From a virus (taxonomy: Duplodnaviria > Caudoviricetes), in the IMG/VR virus record IMGVR_UViG_3300044557_000104, positions 54,437-118,436 of that record: a stretch of DNA of 64,000 nucleotides; one strand, given 5' to 3'. Shown here one piece after another: positions 1 to 11,000 of this stretch. How positions within the stretch are numbered: position 1 is the first letter of the stretch; each line of letters opens with the position of its first letter. The notes below the pieces were generated by a model that was not told the origin of the DNA, did not search any database, and saw only the letters and a program-made list of their open reading frames with translations. The position numbers and the translations under genes are program-made.

Positions 1-54
1 GTTACAGAAAACATGCGTTTCTTCTTCCTAACATGCTCTACACAAGGAGCATAA
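1..54 (+). CDS. 3' end of probable major tail tube protein gene (partial)
   Basis: Reads VTENMRFFFLTCSTQGA* from base 1; lies before a terminator and the chaperone/tape measure genes, as in Herelleviridae. Confidence 0.55.
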   Translation, partial: VTENMRFFFLTCSTQGA

Positions 55-66
55 ACTAATTAAATT

Positions 67-103
67 AAGAGACAGCTATCTTAACGGGTGGTTGTCTCTT
101 TTT
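67..103 (+). terminator. Intrinsic terminator
   Basis: AGAGACAGCTATC-ttaacg-GGTGGTTGTCTCT stem followed by T tract. Confidence 0.8.
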
Positions 104-111
104 CTATATTA
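104..111 (+). promoter_or_regulatory. Putative phage late promoter motif CTATATTA
   Basis: Same 8-mer recurs in intergenic gaps at 7918, 17819, 23892, 30251, 40314, 50042; resembles the TATATTA late -10 of Twort-like phages. Confidence 0.65.
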
Positions 112-205
112 AATGATAGATAATTCAGACTTAACAGATAAAAAGGCGATATATTGTATAATTAGATTAGAGTTTAAATTTAATTATATAGAGGGAGACA
201 TATAA

Positions 206-820
206 ATGGCTTTATCAGAAGAAGAAAAACGTAAGGCAATGCAGCAATTGCGTGACCAAGATAAACAACGTCAAGCAAAAGAAGCGGAAGCTAATAAAGA
301 TGCTAAACCAGTTGATGTAATTAAGCAGGAATCTAAGGACGATAAGGATGCCATTATTGAATCATTAAAATCTCAGATTGCTAAGAAAGATGAAACAATT
401 GGTAGTTTAAAGAGTCAAGCTAATGATCAATTTAGTGAAAAGACATTCTTGCAGGAGAATGAAGCGCTTAATGCAGTTCTTAAAGGTAATGATGGTAAGA
501 ACTTTGTTAAGGAATATAACTTAGATGTTGAAAATAGTGATAACAAATTACATTTCATTGTTAAGATGCACTTACCTAATGTTATGGAAATTTCAGCTAT
601 TGAACAGGAATTTGTAGACTTAACTAAGGGGCGTGGAAATAGCTTTAGTCAAACTAACCAAATGTTATTCCGTGCCATCTCATACTTCCGTGTAGTGGGA
701 GATGAAGTTCCAGAATGGTTTAAAGACCCAGAAAGTACCTACCGTTGGGATATTATCCTAAGTACATGGTTGGATTACGAGGAATGGGAAGACTCCTTTC
801 GAGACCAGCAATTCAAGTAA
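206..820 (+). CDS. Tail assembly chaperone
   Basis: Between tail tube and tape measure genes; RBS GAGGGAG; C-terminal F-VVG-VPEWF motif; ends in a slippery site. Confidence 0.7.
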   Translation: MALSEEEKRKAMQQLRDQDKQRQAKEAEANKDAKPVDVIKQESKDDKDAIIESLKSQIAKKDETIGSLKSQANDQFSEKTFLQENEALNAVLKGNDGKNFVKEYNLDVENSDNKLHFIVKMHLPNVMEISAIEQEFVDLTKGRGNSFSQTNQMLFRAISYFRVVGDEVPEWFKDPESTYRWDIILSTWLDYEEWEDSFRDQQFK

Positions 821-1337
821 AAACAACCCAAATAGTAACCCTAACCTACCAAGAGCAATTAATGAACTTGGGGGTATGGAAAAAGTAGCTCGGTCTACCG
901 CTGGTCGTAACATGTGGCTTATTATGAAGATGTTTAATGCACTTCCTAATGACCCATTAATTAAAAGTTTAACTTATGCTCAACGTGAGTTTATTGTGGC
1001 AAGTATTACACAGGATAATCGTGAAGCAGAACTTGGTGACAACACTAAGGAAGTTTCGCATGTAGTTGATAACTCAGACTACAAAGATAAGTTCTACTCT
1101 AATGATAATATTGATCTGCTTGAAGATGGGGATAACTTAGATGATATCTACAATCAAGTTCAAAAACTTACTAATGATCCTAGATTTGAAATGGACATTG
1201 ATAACAAGATTGAACATGCTTTGGAAGATAAGAAGTCTGAGAATAAGAATGCAGATCAAATCATTAAAGAATCATGGGATAAAATTGAACAGGATGCTAA
1301 GCAAGCTATTAGTGATGAGGAATGGGCTGAAATCTAA
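798..1337 (+). CDS. Tail assembly chaperone C-terminal extension (probably via +1 frameshift; ORF 876..1337)
   Basis: +1 frame is open from 762 through ATG 876; TCC TTT CGA at 794-802; no well-spaced RBS before 876. Confidence 0.65.
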   Translation, partial: FETSNSSKNNPNSNPNLPRAINELGGMEKVARSTAGRNMWLIMKMFNALPNDPLIKSLTYAQREFIVASITQDNREAELGDNTKEVSHVVDNSDYKDKFYSNDNIDLLEDGDNLDDIYNQVQKLTNDPRFEMDIDNKIEHALEDKKSENKNADQIIKESWDKIEQDAKQAISDEEWAEI

Positions 1338-1354
1338 AGAGGGGAAGTGATCTA

Positions 1355-4300
1355 GTGTCCGACAGCAAAGATGTCGATCTGAATATAAAATTTAATGCTA
1401 ATGAAGTATTATCACAAATTCGTCAAGTAGACCAAGCAATTGCAAACACACAGAATAGAGTTAACCAGCTTAATCGAAAAGCAAGTAACAACAATGGCAC
1501 TATTTCTGCCCGTGACCAAGCTAATGTTGCTGGACAACTTGGTGACTCCCAAGAGATGCTCCGAGCAATTCAGGAGCTTTCTAAGGTAACAGCCCAGACA
1601 CTGGACTATCAACGTGCTAATCATGCTGATACTAGTACTGTGTCTAATAACCAAAATGTTTATAAGATGTTACAAGATGCTTTGGATCGTGGACACTCCT
1701 CAATTGGATATAGTCAAACCACAGGCAATGTCAACCCTAATGAATCCTTTCAGCAGACTCAAGGTTATAAGACAAATGCTTCAAAAGCGTATAGTAATTA
1801 TAATGATACTGATTTACAGCATGAGCGTGATGAGTTAAACCGTTCCATGAAAGACTTTGTAAGGTCTATCAGCTTACAAGTTGGTAATACCTCAAGGTCA
1901 ATCACTCGTACATCAGGTACACTAGATACAACTATTCGATCTGGACACATGTCTGGTGAACGCTATGACAAGTATAATAATGGTTTTGCTACTGCTAATG
2001 AAAATATTAAATCTACCAGTGTTTCTATTGATGATAAAATTAGAGAATATACAGGTAGACGTGATCAAGTCCAAGGCAGAATTGATAGCATTAATAACAA
2101 TAATGCTAAAGGACAGTATTCACGAGATGATGCTAGTGAGAAAGCCGCAGCCACTGAACAGGTTAAAGAGATTCAAAAGAACATTGATTCTCTACGAACT
2201 TTCCGTGAGCAACTTGATAAAGCTAGTGACACTAATAAGACTAATCAAAACAAGCTAAATACAGCGGTAGATTCAGATGCTGTTGGTGTTGATCCCTATA
2301 AGAACTCATTAAGAGGGATTATTAATAGTCGTCTTCCATCTATTGGACGTGGGGCGGTTGCTGCAGGGACTGCTACTGCTACTGGGTTAGTTTCCTCTGG
2401 TAGTCAAGCCCGTCTGCAAATGGAAGAGCAAGTTAATCCAATTATGTATGCACAGGCACAGCAAAATGGTGTCACTAAACATGCAGATAATACAATTGAG
2501 AACAACCTAGCAGACATTAGTAAAAAGAATGGTACTAACTACAAGCAAACAGAAATGGCTCAATTTGCTAGTGCATATACTGGTAGTACAGGTAACTCAA
2601 ACTATCAATCAGGTGCTAATAATTGGTCACAGTTTGCTCGTTATAGTGGAGTATCAAATGATACTGCTCTAGCTCTAGAAAACACTGTTGGTCAGTCTGG
2701 TGGTGGTAGTGATTCCGCAGCGGTCACTCATGCTATTCAGAACTCTATTACTAATTCTGGTATGACTGCTAAAGCTAATGTGCAGGGACAAGCTCTTAAC
2801 TCCCTTATTAGTAATGCTTCTAACCTAAACTTATCTAAGACCAATATCAAAGATATGGCTGGTTTCCAAGGAATAATGGCCAAACAAGGTTCTGATCTCC
2901 AAGGACAAAATGGTGCTAATGCTCTTACCGCTACTACTAAAGCAGTAACTAATTTTAATGATCCAGTTGCTCGTATGTGGTTTGGTGGTAACTCAGATAA
3001 GTACCAAGGTGTTGATGGACAAGTTAAGTTAATGGATGATATGCAACAAGCTGCTAAAGATCCATTAAAACTTAATAACCCTATTGCTCGTGGATTGGCA
3101 AGCAACCATGGTAATGTTGAACGTACTGCTGGACAGTTATCACAAATGGCTCAAGCTAATGGCCAAGACCTAACAGTTGCACAAGCTCGTAAGCTGATTA
3201 ACTTGCAAAAGAATGGTCAGTGGACTAAAAAAGCTGTTAACGATATTGTTAAACCTAAAGGCAAGAGTGATAAGAATAAAGCCCAGTATGATAAATCTGG
3301 TGTAGCTACTATTAATGCCAAGGAAGCTATTATTCAAGCAGCTTCTATTAAATCTAGTCAAGCTATGGATACTCCTCGTGCTATTGGCAATACCCTTATG
3401 GGAATGAGTAGTGGTTTAACCGCTACTATGTTGACTGGTGGTAGTATTGGTGCATCAGCACTCCAAAGTATTGGGGGTACTGCTATTGGTAGTATGTTCC
3501 AAGGTAAAGGTGAACATACTGCTCCTCGTGGTGGTCGTCACATGGATAAATCAGGTAGATTTACTAGTAGGGTAGGGTCAAAAATTAGGAGCACTGCTTC
3601 TACTATTGGTGAATCAGGAATATTTAAGGGTGCCACTAAGTATGCTAAGCGTGCTGGCGGGTTCCTTAAAAATAGTAGAATTGGTGGATTTGCAGTAAGT
3701 GTAGGAACTGGTATTCTCACCCATGGTAAGAGTTTAAAATCTAGAACAATGCAACGATTTGCACGTAATGGTTCTCACTTTGCAACTAAGGGTGCAACCA
3801 AAGAAGCAGAATCAGTTGCTACTCGTGCTACTAGATTTGCTAAAACCAGTAGAGCATCTTCACTGCTAAGCAAGGGTGGCAGCGTTCTAAGAGGTGCTGG
3901 TAAAATTGGTGGTGGAGCATTAAGTGCTGCGTTAGCTGTTGGTAGTATCTACACTGATTTAAAAACCACTAAAAAAGGTTCTAAAGAACGTCATAAAGCA
4001 GTTGGATCATCAGTAGGTTCAGGTGTTGGTGGTACAGTTGGTTCTGTACTTGGATCAGCACTTGGCCCCCTTGGTACAATAGCTGGGGGTGCAGCAGGAT
4101 CATGGATTGGTGGAAAAATTGGTGGATTTGCTGGTGGGCTACTGCCTGCTAATAATAAAAAGAGTGTTGTTGAACGTGCCAAAGAGAAACAAAAGAAGGA
4201 TATGAAAAAGTTCTTTGGTGGGGATAAAGATGATAAGAATCTAACTAAGATGGGTAAGAGTAAGAACACCAGCAACAATAAGAAAAATGATGTTCTTAGT

Positions 4301-5218
4301 CGTGCTAAATCCCTGCTCAAAGGTTTCAATGATATGCTTGACAAAGCCCTTAAAGTTATTGCCGCAGCCAAAGAGATTAAAGGCGGAGACTCTAATAGTG
4401 ACTCAGACTCTAATTCTGATGTAACTGGAACAAGTGGCAAAGGCTCAGAAGCACTTAAAAGCATTGCAAAAAAAGTTGGTAAGGATTTGGGGGTTGACCC
4501 AAGCTATATCTATGCACAACTAGCGTTAGAATCAGCAGATGGAACATCCAAATTGTCTTCCCACAATAACTTTGGTGGTATAAAGTACCAAAGTGGGGCA
4601 GCCGGTGAAACAAAAGGGTCAATAAGTCCAGAGCATGATGCCTACGCATACTTTGACTCAACAGATGCTTTTGCCAGTAAGTATGAAGCAACATTAAAGA
4701 GTAAAGGAATACAGAACTCATCAAGCCTAGAAGACTTTAATAATAAGCTCAAAGCTGGTGGGTATTATACAGATAACTCTGCGCATTACTTATCTATGTT
4801 AAAGTCAAAAGTAAAAGACTATAATGCTATGGGTGGTGTAAAACTTCATTCCACTGGTGGTATGAGTATTGCTAACCAAGCCACTTATGCTAATGGTGGC
4901 AACGTCTATGGTGAAGCTGGTACCGAAGCATATGTTCCATTAAATGCTGGACACTTCTATGATGGTATGTCTACTGTTAATGATCTAGCTGGTATGTTTG
5001 GCAAACGTCTGGTAGATCATAGCGCTACTGATAATTCAAGTAATGCACGTAATGTTTCTGTATCACCATCTTATAACATTAATATTGATGCTAGTGGTAG
5101 TAATGGTGTTGATGAGAATAAGATTAAACAAGTGGTTATGCAAGCATTACAGTCCTATACTAATGATATTAAAAATCAAACTACAAGTGCATTCTTTGGT
5201 AATGCCTTTGTACAATAA
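1355..5218 (+). CDS. Tape measure protein with C-terminal GH73 glucosaminidase-like domain
   Basis: 1287 aa helical, Ala/Gly-rich; YAQLALES...NNFGGIK...LKAGGYYTD motif; GEAGTEAYVPL tape-measure motif; position. Confidence 0.85.
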   Translation: MSDSKDVDLNIKFNANEVLSQIRQVDQAIANTQNRVNQLNRKASNNNGTISARDQANVAGQLGDSQEMLRAIQELSKVTAQTLDYQRANHADTSTVSNNQNVYKMLQDALDRGHSSIGYSQTTGNVNPNESFQQTQGYKTNASKAYSNYNDTDLQHERDELNRSMKDFVRSISLQVGNTSRSITRTSGTLDTTIRSGHMSGERYDKYNNGFATANENIKSTSVSIDDKIREYTGRRDQVQGRIDSINNNNAKGQYSRDDASEKAAATEQVKEIQKNIDSLRTFREQLDKASDTNKTNQNKLNTAVDSDAVGVDPYKNSLRGIINSRLPSIGRGAVAAGTATATGLVSSGSQARLQMEEQVNPIMYAQAQQNGVTKHADNTIENNLADISKKNGTNYKQTEMAQFASAYTGSTGNSNYQSGANNWSQFARYSGVSNDTALALENTVGQSGGGSDSAAVTHAIQNSITNSGMTAKANVQGQALNSLISNASNLNLSKTNIKDMAGFQGIMAKQGSDLQGQNGANALTATTKAVTNFNDPVARMWFGGNSDKYQGVDGQVKLMDDMQQAAKDPLKLNNPIARGLASNHGNVERTAGQLSQMAQANGQDLTVAQARKLINLQKNGQWTKKAVNDIVKPKGKSDKNKAQYDKSGVATINAKEAIIQAASIKSSQAMDTPRAIGNTLMGMSSGLTATMLTGGSIGASALQSIGGTAIGSMFQGKGEHTAPRGGRHMDKSGRFTSRVGSKIRSTASTIGESGIFKGATKYAKRAGGFLKNSRIGGFAVSVGTGILTHGKSLKSRTMQRFARNGSHFATKGATKEAESVATRATRFAKTSRASSLLSKGGSVLRGAGKIGGGALSAALAVGSIYTDLKTTKKGSKERHKAVGSSVGSGVGGTVGSVLGSALGPLGTIAGGAAGSWIGGKIGGFAGGLLPANNKKSVVERAKEKQKKDMKKFFGGDKDDKNLTKMGKSKNTSNNKKNDVLSRAKSLLKGFNDMLDKALKVIAAAKEIKGGDSNSDSDSNSDVTGTSGKGSEALKSIAKKVGKDLGVDPSYIYAQLALESADGTSKLSSHNNFGGIKYQSGAAGETKGSISPEHDAYAYFDSTDAFASKYEATLKSKGIQNSSSLEDFNNKLKAGGYYTDNSAHYLSMLKSKVKDYNAMGGVKLHSTGGMSIANQATYANGGNVYGEAGTEAYVPLNAGHFYDGMSTVNDLAGMFGKRLVDHSATDNSSNARNVSVSPSYNINIDASGSNGVDENKIKQVVMQALQSYTNDIKNQTTSAFFGNAFVQ

Positions 5219-5221
5219 AAT

Positions 5222-5251
5222 GATACCTCTCGGTTTATTCTGGGAGGTATT
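5222..5251 (+). terminator. Hairpin / possible terminator
   Basis: GATACCTCTCGG...CTGGGAGGTATT inverted repeat after stop codon; weak T tract. Confidence 0.45.
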
Positions 5252-5282
5252 CCTACATAATCCTAAGTAAAAGGAGAAAATT

Positions 5283-7865
5283 ATGAGAAATTTATATACA
5301 CTTAAAGCAAATATGACCATTACTTTTTATACTGTAGATGGATCATATCCTGTTGTATCTCGTGCAGTTGATAATCAAGTTAGTCCGGGTTCACACCAAG
5401 CATTTTATAATGGATTAATATCATTTCAAACTAAAAATGATACTAGCGAAGATATTCCTACAGCAACCATTGTATTAACTGATGACTATGACTGGTCATC
5501 TATTCTAGTTCCTAATGACTATGTGGTAATTACTGCTGGTTATCGTGGAGACATGCCATACTCTGATAAAAACACAACTGTTAACAGTACTCTTTACTGT
5601 GGACTAGTTACTGATATCATGAAGACTGGTAGCTACGGGGATAATAATGCTAACAGAACCTTTACCATTACAGTACAAGGAATGGCCAAGGTTCTACAAA
5701 GTATGAACCTATCTACTTTCTCTGAAATTACATCTACATTAAATGGATACCAAATGTTACCTGATGATGAAAAGACAGGGATTGCTTTTTCCGGTAAGTC
5801 CTCTGCTGTTTTAATTGATGAAGTTTTAAAAAAGTTTATTCTTAACAACAATGAGTATACAAAGTATTTATTCCAAGATGAAAATGGTCAACAGTTCTCA
5901 TTGGAATCATTACTACAAACACAATTGCAACCTAACACAGATGAAGCCTTTGCAAGTAATAGTAATAATCAGTTTATGAACTATAATGGTACTATTCTGC
6001 AAATGGTTAAAGATATGGCTGTACGCCCTTTTAATGAGTTATATTGGACACATGAGCAAGGTGTAGCTACTCTTCATTATCGACCAACACCATTTGAGCA
6101 GTCTGAATGGACAGCATTAGAAGAGATCGACCTTAGTTCAGATAACATTATTTCTGAGGAAGTACGTGCTAATGATGCTGAGCAGAGTTCTATTTTTAAA
6201 CTATTAGCCACTGATGATGCAGGTTCACAATTAACAACTACTGGATTTTCTGGATCAATTTATCCATTAACTAATAGAGCGTTGATTCAACGATATGGGT
6301 ATAAAACAATGGAAGTTCAAACCCCATATTTCAGTGGTGAATCTAACTCTGATGATTCCTCCTATGGTGGAACTAGTGAAGCTGGTAAAGGTAAGACTGA
6401 ATCAGAAGCTCAACTTCATTATCCCTCATATGGTAATATTCAAGATTACTTTGCTTTAGCTCGTGGAGTAAATGGAACAGATGATTATGATGTGCCCCCA
6501 GAACATGGTGGCAACCACACTTATGATTCCTTGTTAAGTTCACTTAAAGGTGGGGCTAGTCAATCAGCATTTGTATCACAAGCTACTGATACTGGATTTA
6601 TATCAGAGACACAAGCTAACAACTTATATGCTAAATATAAATCTTCTGGTAATGGAACTCTCAATAAACAAGCGTACCTTTCGATCGTTGCACCTAACTA
6701 TAATCCGACATCTACTAATGTTAGTTACAGCTCTACTTATTTAAAGAGTGTTAGTAAAATGAAAGATGACCCGGAGAAAGCTGCCATGGAGCTTATGCAG
6801 GAATCTAAATATACCTTGGGTTCTAAGCAGGCTTATGATCTAGTACAGGCAGCTATTGCAAGCAAGGGTAATGTAAGTAAGGCAACCTACCAAAAGATAC
6901 TTGGTGAAGGTTATAACGCTAAACAAGATGGTGTTGACATATTATCAGCAGATGGTAGTGGGAATCAAGACGCTGTTTCTCTACTTTTCCAAATGTATAC
7001 ACAAAAACTATTTAACTGGTATGCAGATAACAGTAAGTTTCACTCAGGAACAATTACAGTGCAAGGAACATTAGGCATCGAAAATGGTAAGCGTCTAGTG
7101 GTCTATGACAACAAAGAAAAAGTATACTGGGAGTACTATATTGAGTCAGTAGGGCATAACTTTAGTTACACTCAAGGCTGGACAACTCAAATTGGTGTTA
7201 CCCGTGGGTTAGCCTTACCTAATCAAGGTGATACTACTAGGCGTTATGGATTCCCTTATAGTTTTTGGGGAACCTATGAACAATTTGTTGGTGGATACTT
7301 TGGTGAACAATCTATGGCTGATGCTGTGGCTGCTGCTGATTCTGCTAGTGGAGGTAGTGATGATACCTCTGGTGGTAGTGTTAGTGGTGGTGGAGATGAT
7401 AAGTTTAGTTCTGGGGGTAAAACAGCTACAAAGGCTGTTGAACTAGCTAGTGGATTGAGTAAAAAAGCTGGAGCTGGTAGCTATAATCAAAGTTATCATA
7501 CCCAAGACCCGTTTAATATGAGTAGTCCAAAAGGTGATTGTTCTAGTCTTGTGTACTTTGCATATAAACACGCAGGCGTTAATTTAAGCAATGGTGGATG
7601 GACTACATGGAAACTGGCTAAAAGTGATAAACTAAAAACTATTGGTAGCTCTGGTAGTAATAAAGATGATGTTTATAAAAAGATGCACGTTGGTGACTTA
7701 ATATTTTTCAAGACAACTGCAAAAGATGATAGCCATGTTGGGTTAGTTATGAGTGATGGAATCATTGCTTGGAATACTAAAAAGGGGGTCTCTACCTTCT
7801 CATTAAAGAGTTCAAATTATTGGTGGAATGCGTGGAGGGGTCATTGCATGAGACTAAAAGAGTAA
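5283..7865 (+). CDS. Baseplate hub / tail-associated lysin with C-terminal NlpC/P60 peptidase
   Basis: GDCSSLVYFAY, GDLIFF and HVGL motifs; YIESVGHNFSY...TQIGVTRG hub motif; follows tape measure. Confidence 0.85.
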   Translation: MRNLYTLKANMTITFYTVDGSYPVVSRAVDNQVSPGSHQAFYNGLISFQTKNDTSEDIPTATIVLTDDYDWSSILVPNDYVVITAGYRGDMPYSDKNTTVNSTLYCGLVTDIMKTGSYGDNNANRTFTITVQGMAKVLQSMNLSTFSEITSTLNGYQMLPDDEKTGIAFSGKSSAVLIDEVLKKFILNNNEYTKYLFQDENGQQFSLESLLQTQLQPNTDEAFASNSNNQFMNYNGTILQMVKDMAVRPFNELYWTHEQGVATLHYRPTPFEQSEWTALEEIDLSSDNIISEEVRANDAEQSSIFKLLATDDAGSQLTTTGFSGSIYPLTNRALIQRYGYKTMEVQTPYFSGESNSDDSSYGGTSEAGKGKTESEAQLHYPSYGNIQDYFALARGVNGTDDYDVPPEHGGNHTYDSLLSSLKGGASQSAFVSQATDTGFISETQANNLYAKYKSSGNGTLNKQAYLSIVAPNYNPTSTNVSYSSTYLKSVSKMKDDPEKAAMELMQESKYTLGSKQAYDLVQAAIASKGNVSKATYQKILGEGYNAKQDGVDILSADGSGNQDAVSLLFQMYTQKLFNWYADNSKFHSGTITVQGTLGIENGKRLVVYDNKEKVYWEYYIESVGHNFSYTQGWTTQIGVTRGLALPNQGDTTRRYGFPYSFWGTYEQFVGGYFGEQSMADAVAAADSASGGSDDTSGGSVSGGGDDKFSSGGKTATKAVELASGLSKKAGAGSYNQSYHTQDPFNMSSPKGDCSSLVYFAYKHAGVNLSNGGWTTWKLAKSDKLKTIGSSGSNKDDVYKKMHVGDLIFFKTTAKDDSHVGLVMSDGIIAWNTKKGVSTFSLKSSNYWWNAWRGHCMRLKE

Positions 7866-7887
7866 AAGTGTCTATTAAGTATATAGT

Positions 7888-7916
7888 AGAGCAGGGATTA
7901 AGTTCTCTGCTCTTTT
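7888..7916 (+). terminator. Intrinsic terminator followed by CTATATTA (7918-7925)
   Basis: AGAGCAGGGA/TCTCTGCTCT stem + TTT. Confidence 0.75.
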
Positions 7917-8010
7917 CCTATATTAAACTCTAGTCAATTAAAATACAGAGAATAGTATTAAAACTATGCTAAAATAGATTTATAAGGAAATGAAAGGCAG
8001 GGTGTAATCT

Positions 8011-11000
8011 TTGGCAAATGTAATTATTCCTAAATCAGAGAACCCTCTTAGAATGCAAGCTAGTCTTGGAGGAAAAAATGTATTTAGATCAACCTCTGGT
8101 CTAGATGGAAACAGTTACCTATTATCAGGGACTGTATCAAAGGTTTACTACCAAAAAGGAACCCTTGATTTTAAATTAGACGGGTCTAATATCCCAGTAC
8201 AGGTTGTTGAAGGTGATGATGGTACATTTAGTGCCCCTATCCCAGTAGACTTCTTTGGGGAGAACTCAGAAGGTCAAACATATGGGCATTACCGGCCAAT
8301 ACAAACAGGAAGTAAAATTGTAGTTGCTTATCTTAGTGGTAAGTTAAATAATCCTATTGTTATTGGTGTATACCCTAGTGACTCTGCTAGTTATGAATTA
8401 GTAGGGGGTATTAGTCGTAATACCCAAGACGATACACAGGAAGATGTGCAAGACGAAGTACTAAGTGAAAAGCATGTATATCCAAGTGGACAAATCCTAT
8501 ATCGTGCAGGTTCTGGGGATATAGCAGAGAGTTTACAAGGTAAATCATTTAGACTGATTCAACAAGATTCTATGGGGTATATGGACGACATTTGGTATAC
8601 CTATGATGCTCTAGGGCTATTTAATGATGGTAATAATGATCCAATTACATCTAAACAAACATTGGCTGGATCATGGTTATTAGTTCATGAAGATAATAAC
8701 CAAGCTAATGATGAAGCAGATGGACATATGACTCGCTTCTATGTTGATCCACACGGTAAATTCCAGATGGTCTTTGGTAACTATAATGATGCAAGTAACC
8801 TTGCAGTCTTAGAAGGTTCTAAAGATGCTGGATTCACCTTAACTAAGTTTTATGATAGTAATGAACCAACAGATAGCTCAAAAGACTATGTAATGATGAC
8901 CCTTGGTGATGAAAACAAGTCAATTAAGTTTACTGCTAGTTCAGAAGCAGAATCTGCTGATCAATCATCTACTCTAGAAGTTAAGTCTGATGATGTCTAT
9001 GTGAACGGTAAGAAACTTAGTGATTACATTAATGGAGTCACTAATATTGATGATGCTCTTAAAAACTCAGATGAATACAATAGTACTAAAGACAAAGTAA
9101 ATCAAGCTACCAATGACATTAGTGAATTATCTAAGCAAACAAGTGAAGCAGGAATTGTTGCGAGCCAAGCAGCAGAACAGGCTTCTCAAGCTGGTGAAGC
9201 CGCAGCTCAAGCTGGTGTAGATGCTAAAGCAGCAGGTCAAGCAGCATTAGACGGTGCTAATGATATCAAGAATAAAATTATTTACTATACCTCTATCTCA
9301 CCTGAATCTGATGGAGACAATTATATTCCGGGTAAGTTTATTCATCTAACTACAACTACACTGATTGATGAAGGTATTATTAAAAATGCCTATATTGAAA
9401 ATGAAGCTGTTGATAACTCTAAGATTGCTAATCTAGCTGTTGATAGCGGTAAGATTACAGACTTAGCTGTTACTACTAGTAAAATTGCTAACTTAGCTGT
9501 TAACTCTGCACAGATTGCAGACTTGGCTGTTACAGATGCTAAGGTTGGTACCCTTAGTTTTGACCACATGATTGGACAGACATTAGATGCTAGTCAAATT
9601 AATGTGGTTAACTTAAAGGGTGAAAGCATTGAAGCTGGAACTATCAGAGCGGATAAACTTATTATTAATTCACTTGGTGAAATAACAAGTAATTTAGGTA
9701 GTGTTACTAACGGTGAAATTAATGCTGGTACTGATAGTAGTAGCTCAGTTGTCATTAAGAATCTACCAGCTGATAATCCTAATGAATATACACCACAAAA
9801 GAAATCAGATTTAAAACACCAGATTGCTGTGGTAGAATCACAAGCCAATGCTGCAATTTCATATGGCAATTCAACTGGTAATGATGTTACTGATGTTACT
9901 AAAGCTCGTGACGCTCTACTTAGTGGTACCTCAGAGTTGTTAGCAGATATGACAGCTACTACTTCTGCTAATGCAGATGATATTAGTAAGTTAATAAAAG
10001 CAGTTTCTGATGCTGTAACTGCATTTCAGAATACCGTTAATAGTTCACTATCAGCTAAAATTGGGTCAACTGCTGATGGTAAGAATGCCATTTATACAGG
10101 TACTAAAGCCCCTGCTTCCCCACATGAAAATGATATGTGGTTAAAAGATAATGGTGATGGCACAGTTAATATTCAGATTTATGGTAGTGGTGCTTGGTAT
10201 ACCCCAGCTCAACAAGCTATTCAACAAGTAGCAGACAAGGTAGATACATTGCCTAAATCATATTTTAGCATATCAATGCCAACAGGTACTGATTATAAAG
10301 ATGGTGATTTATGGTATAAAACGACTACTGATAAAGATACTAACCGAATTGTATATACTGCATATAAATGGAATCATGATACTAATACTTGGGAACCTAT
10401 GCTTGATCAAAATTCAAGTAAGAACTATGTAGGTTCTGAACCAGCTAGTCCGCTGGAAGGTGACTTTTGGATGGACAATGGTGTTCTCAAACAGTACCAA
10501 TCTGGTACATGGACAACTATTCCTACTAAGGGTGATGATGGTGTAGCTGGTACTACTTACTACACTCATATTGCTTATGCAAATAGTGCAGATGGAAAAA
10601 CTGATTTTAGCACTACTGCATTTACTGGATCAATCTACATTGGTCTGCTGAGTGATACAACTCAGGAGGATAGTACTGATCCTACTAAGTATACATGGTC
10701 AAAGATGCGTGGTGATGATGGTACTAATGGTAGAGATGGTATTGAAGGTAAGCCGGGTGCAGATGGTAAGTCAACCTATGTTCACTTTGCCTACGCTAAT
10801 AGTGCAGATGGTAAAACCGACTTCAATGTTGAATACTTTTCTGGAGCACTCTATGTAGGTACCCTTACAGACACGACACAAGCAGATAGCAATACCTATA
10901 CTGATTACACATGGGCACGTTTAAAAGGTGCTGATGGTGAAGCAGGGGCTAATGGGAATGGTATTGCATCTACTCTTATTGCTTATCAGGTAAGTACAGA

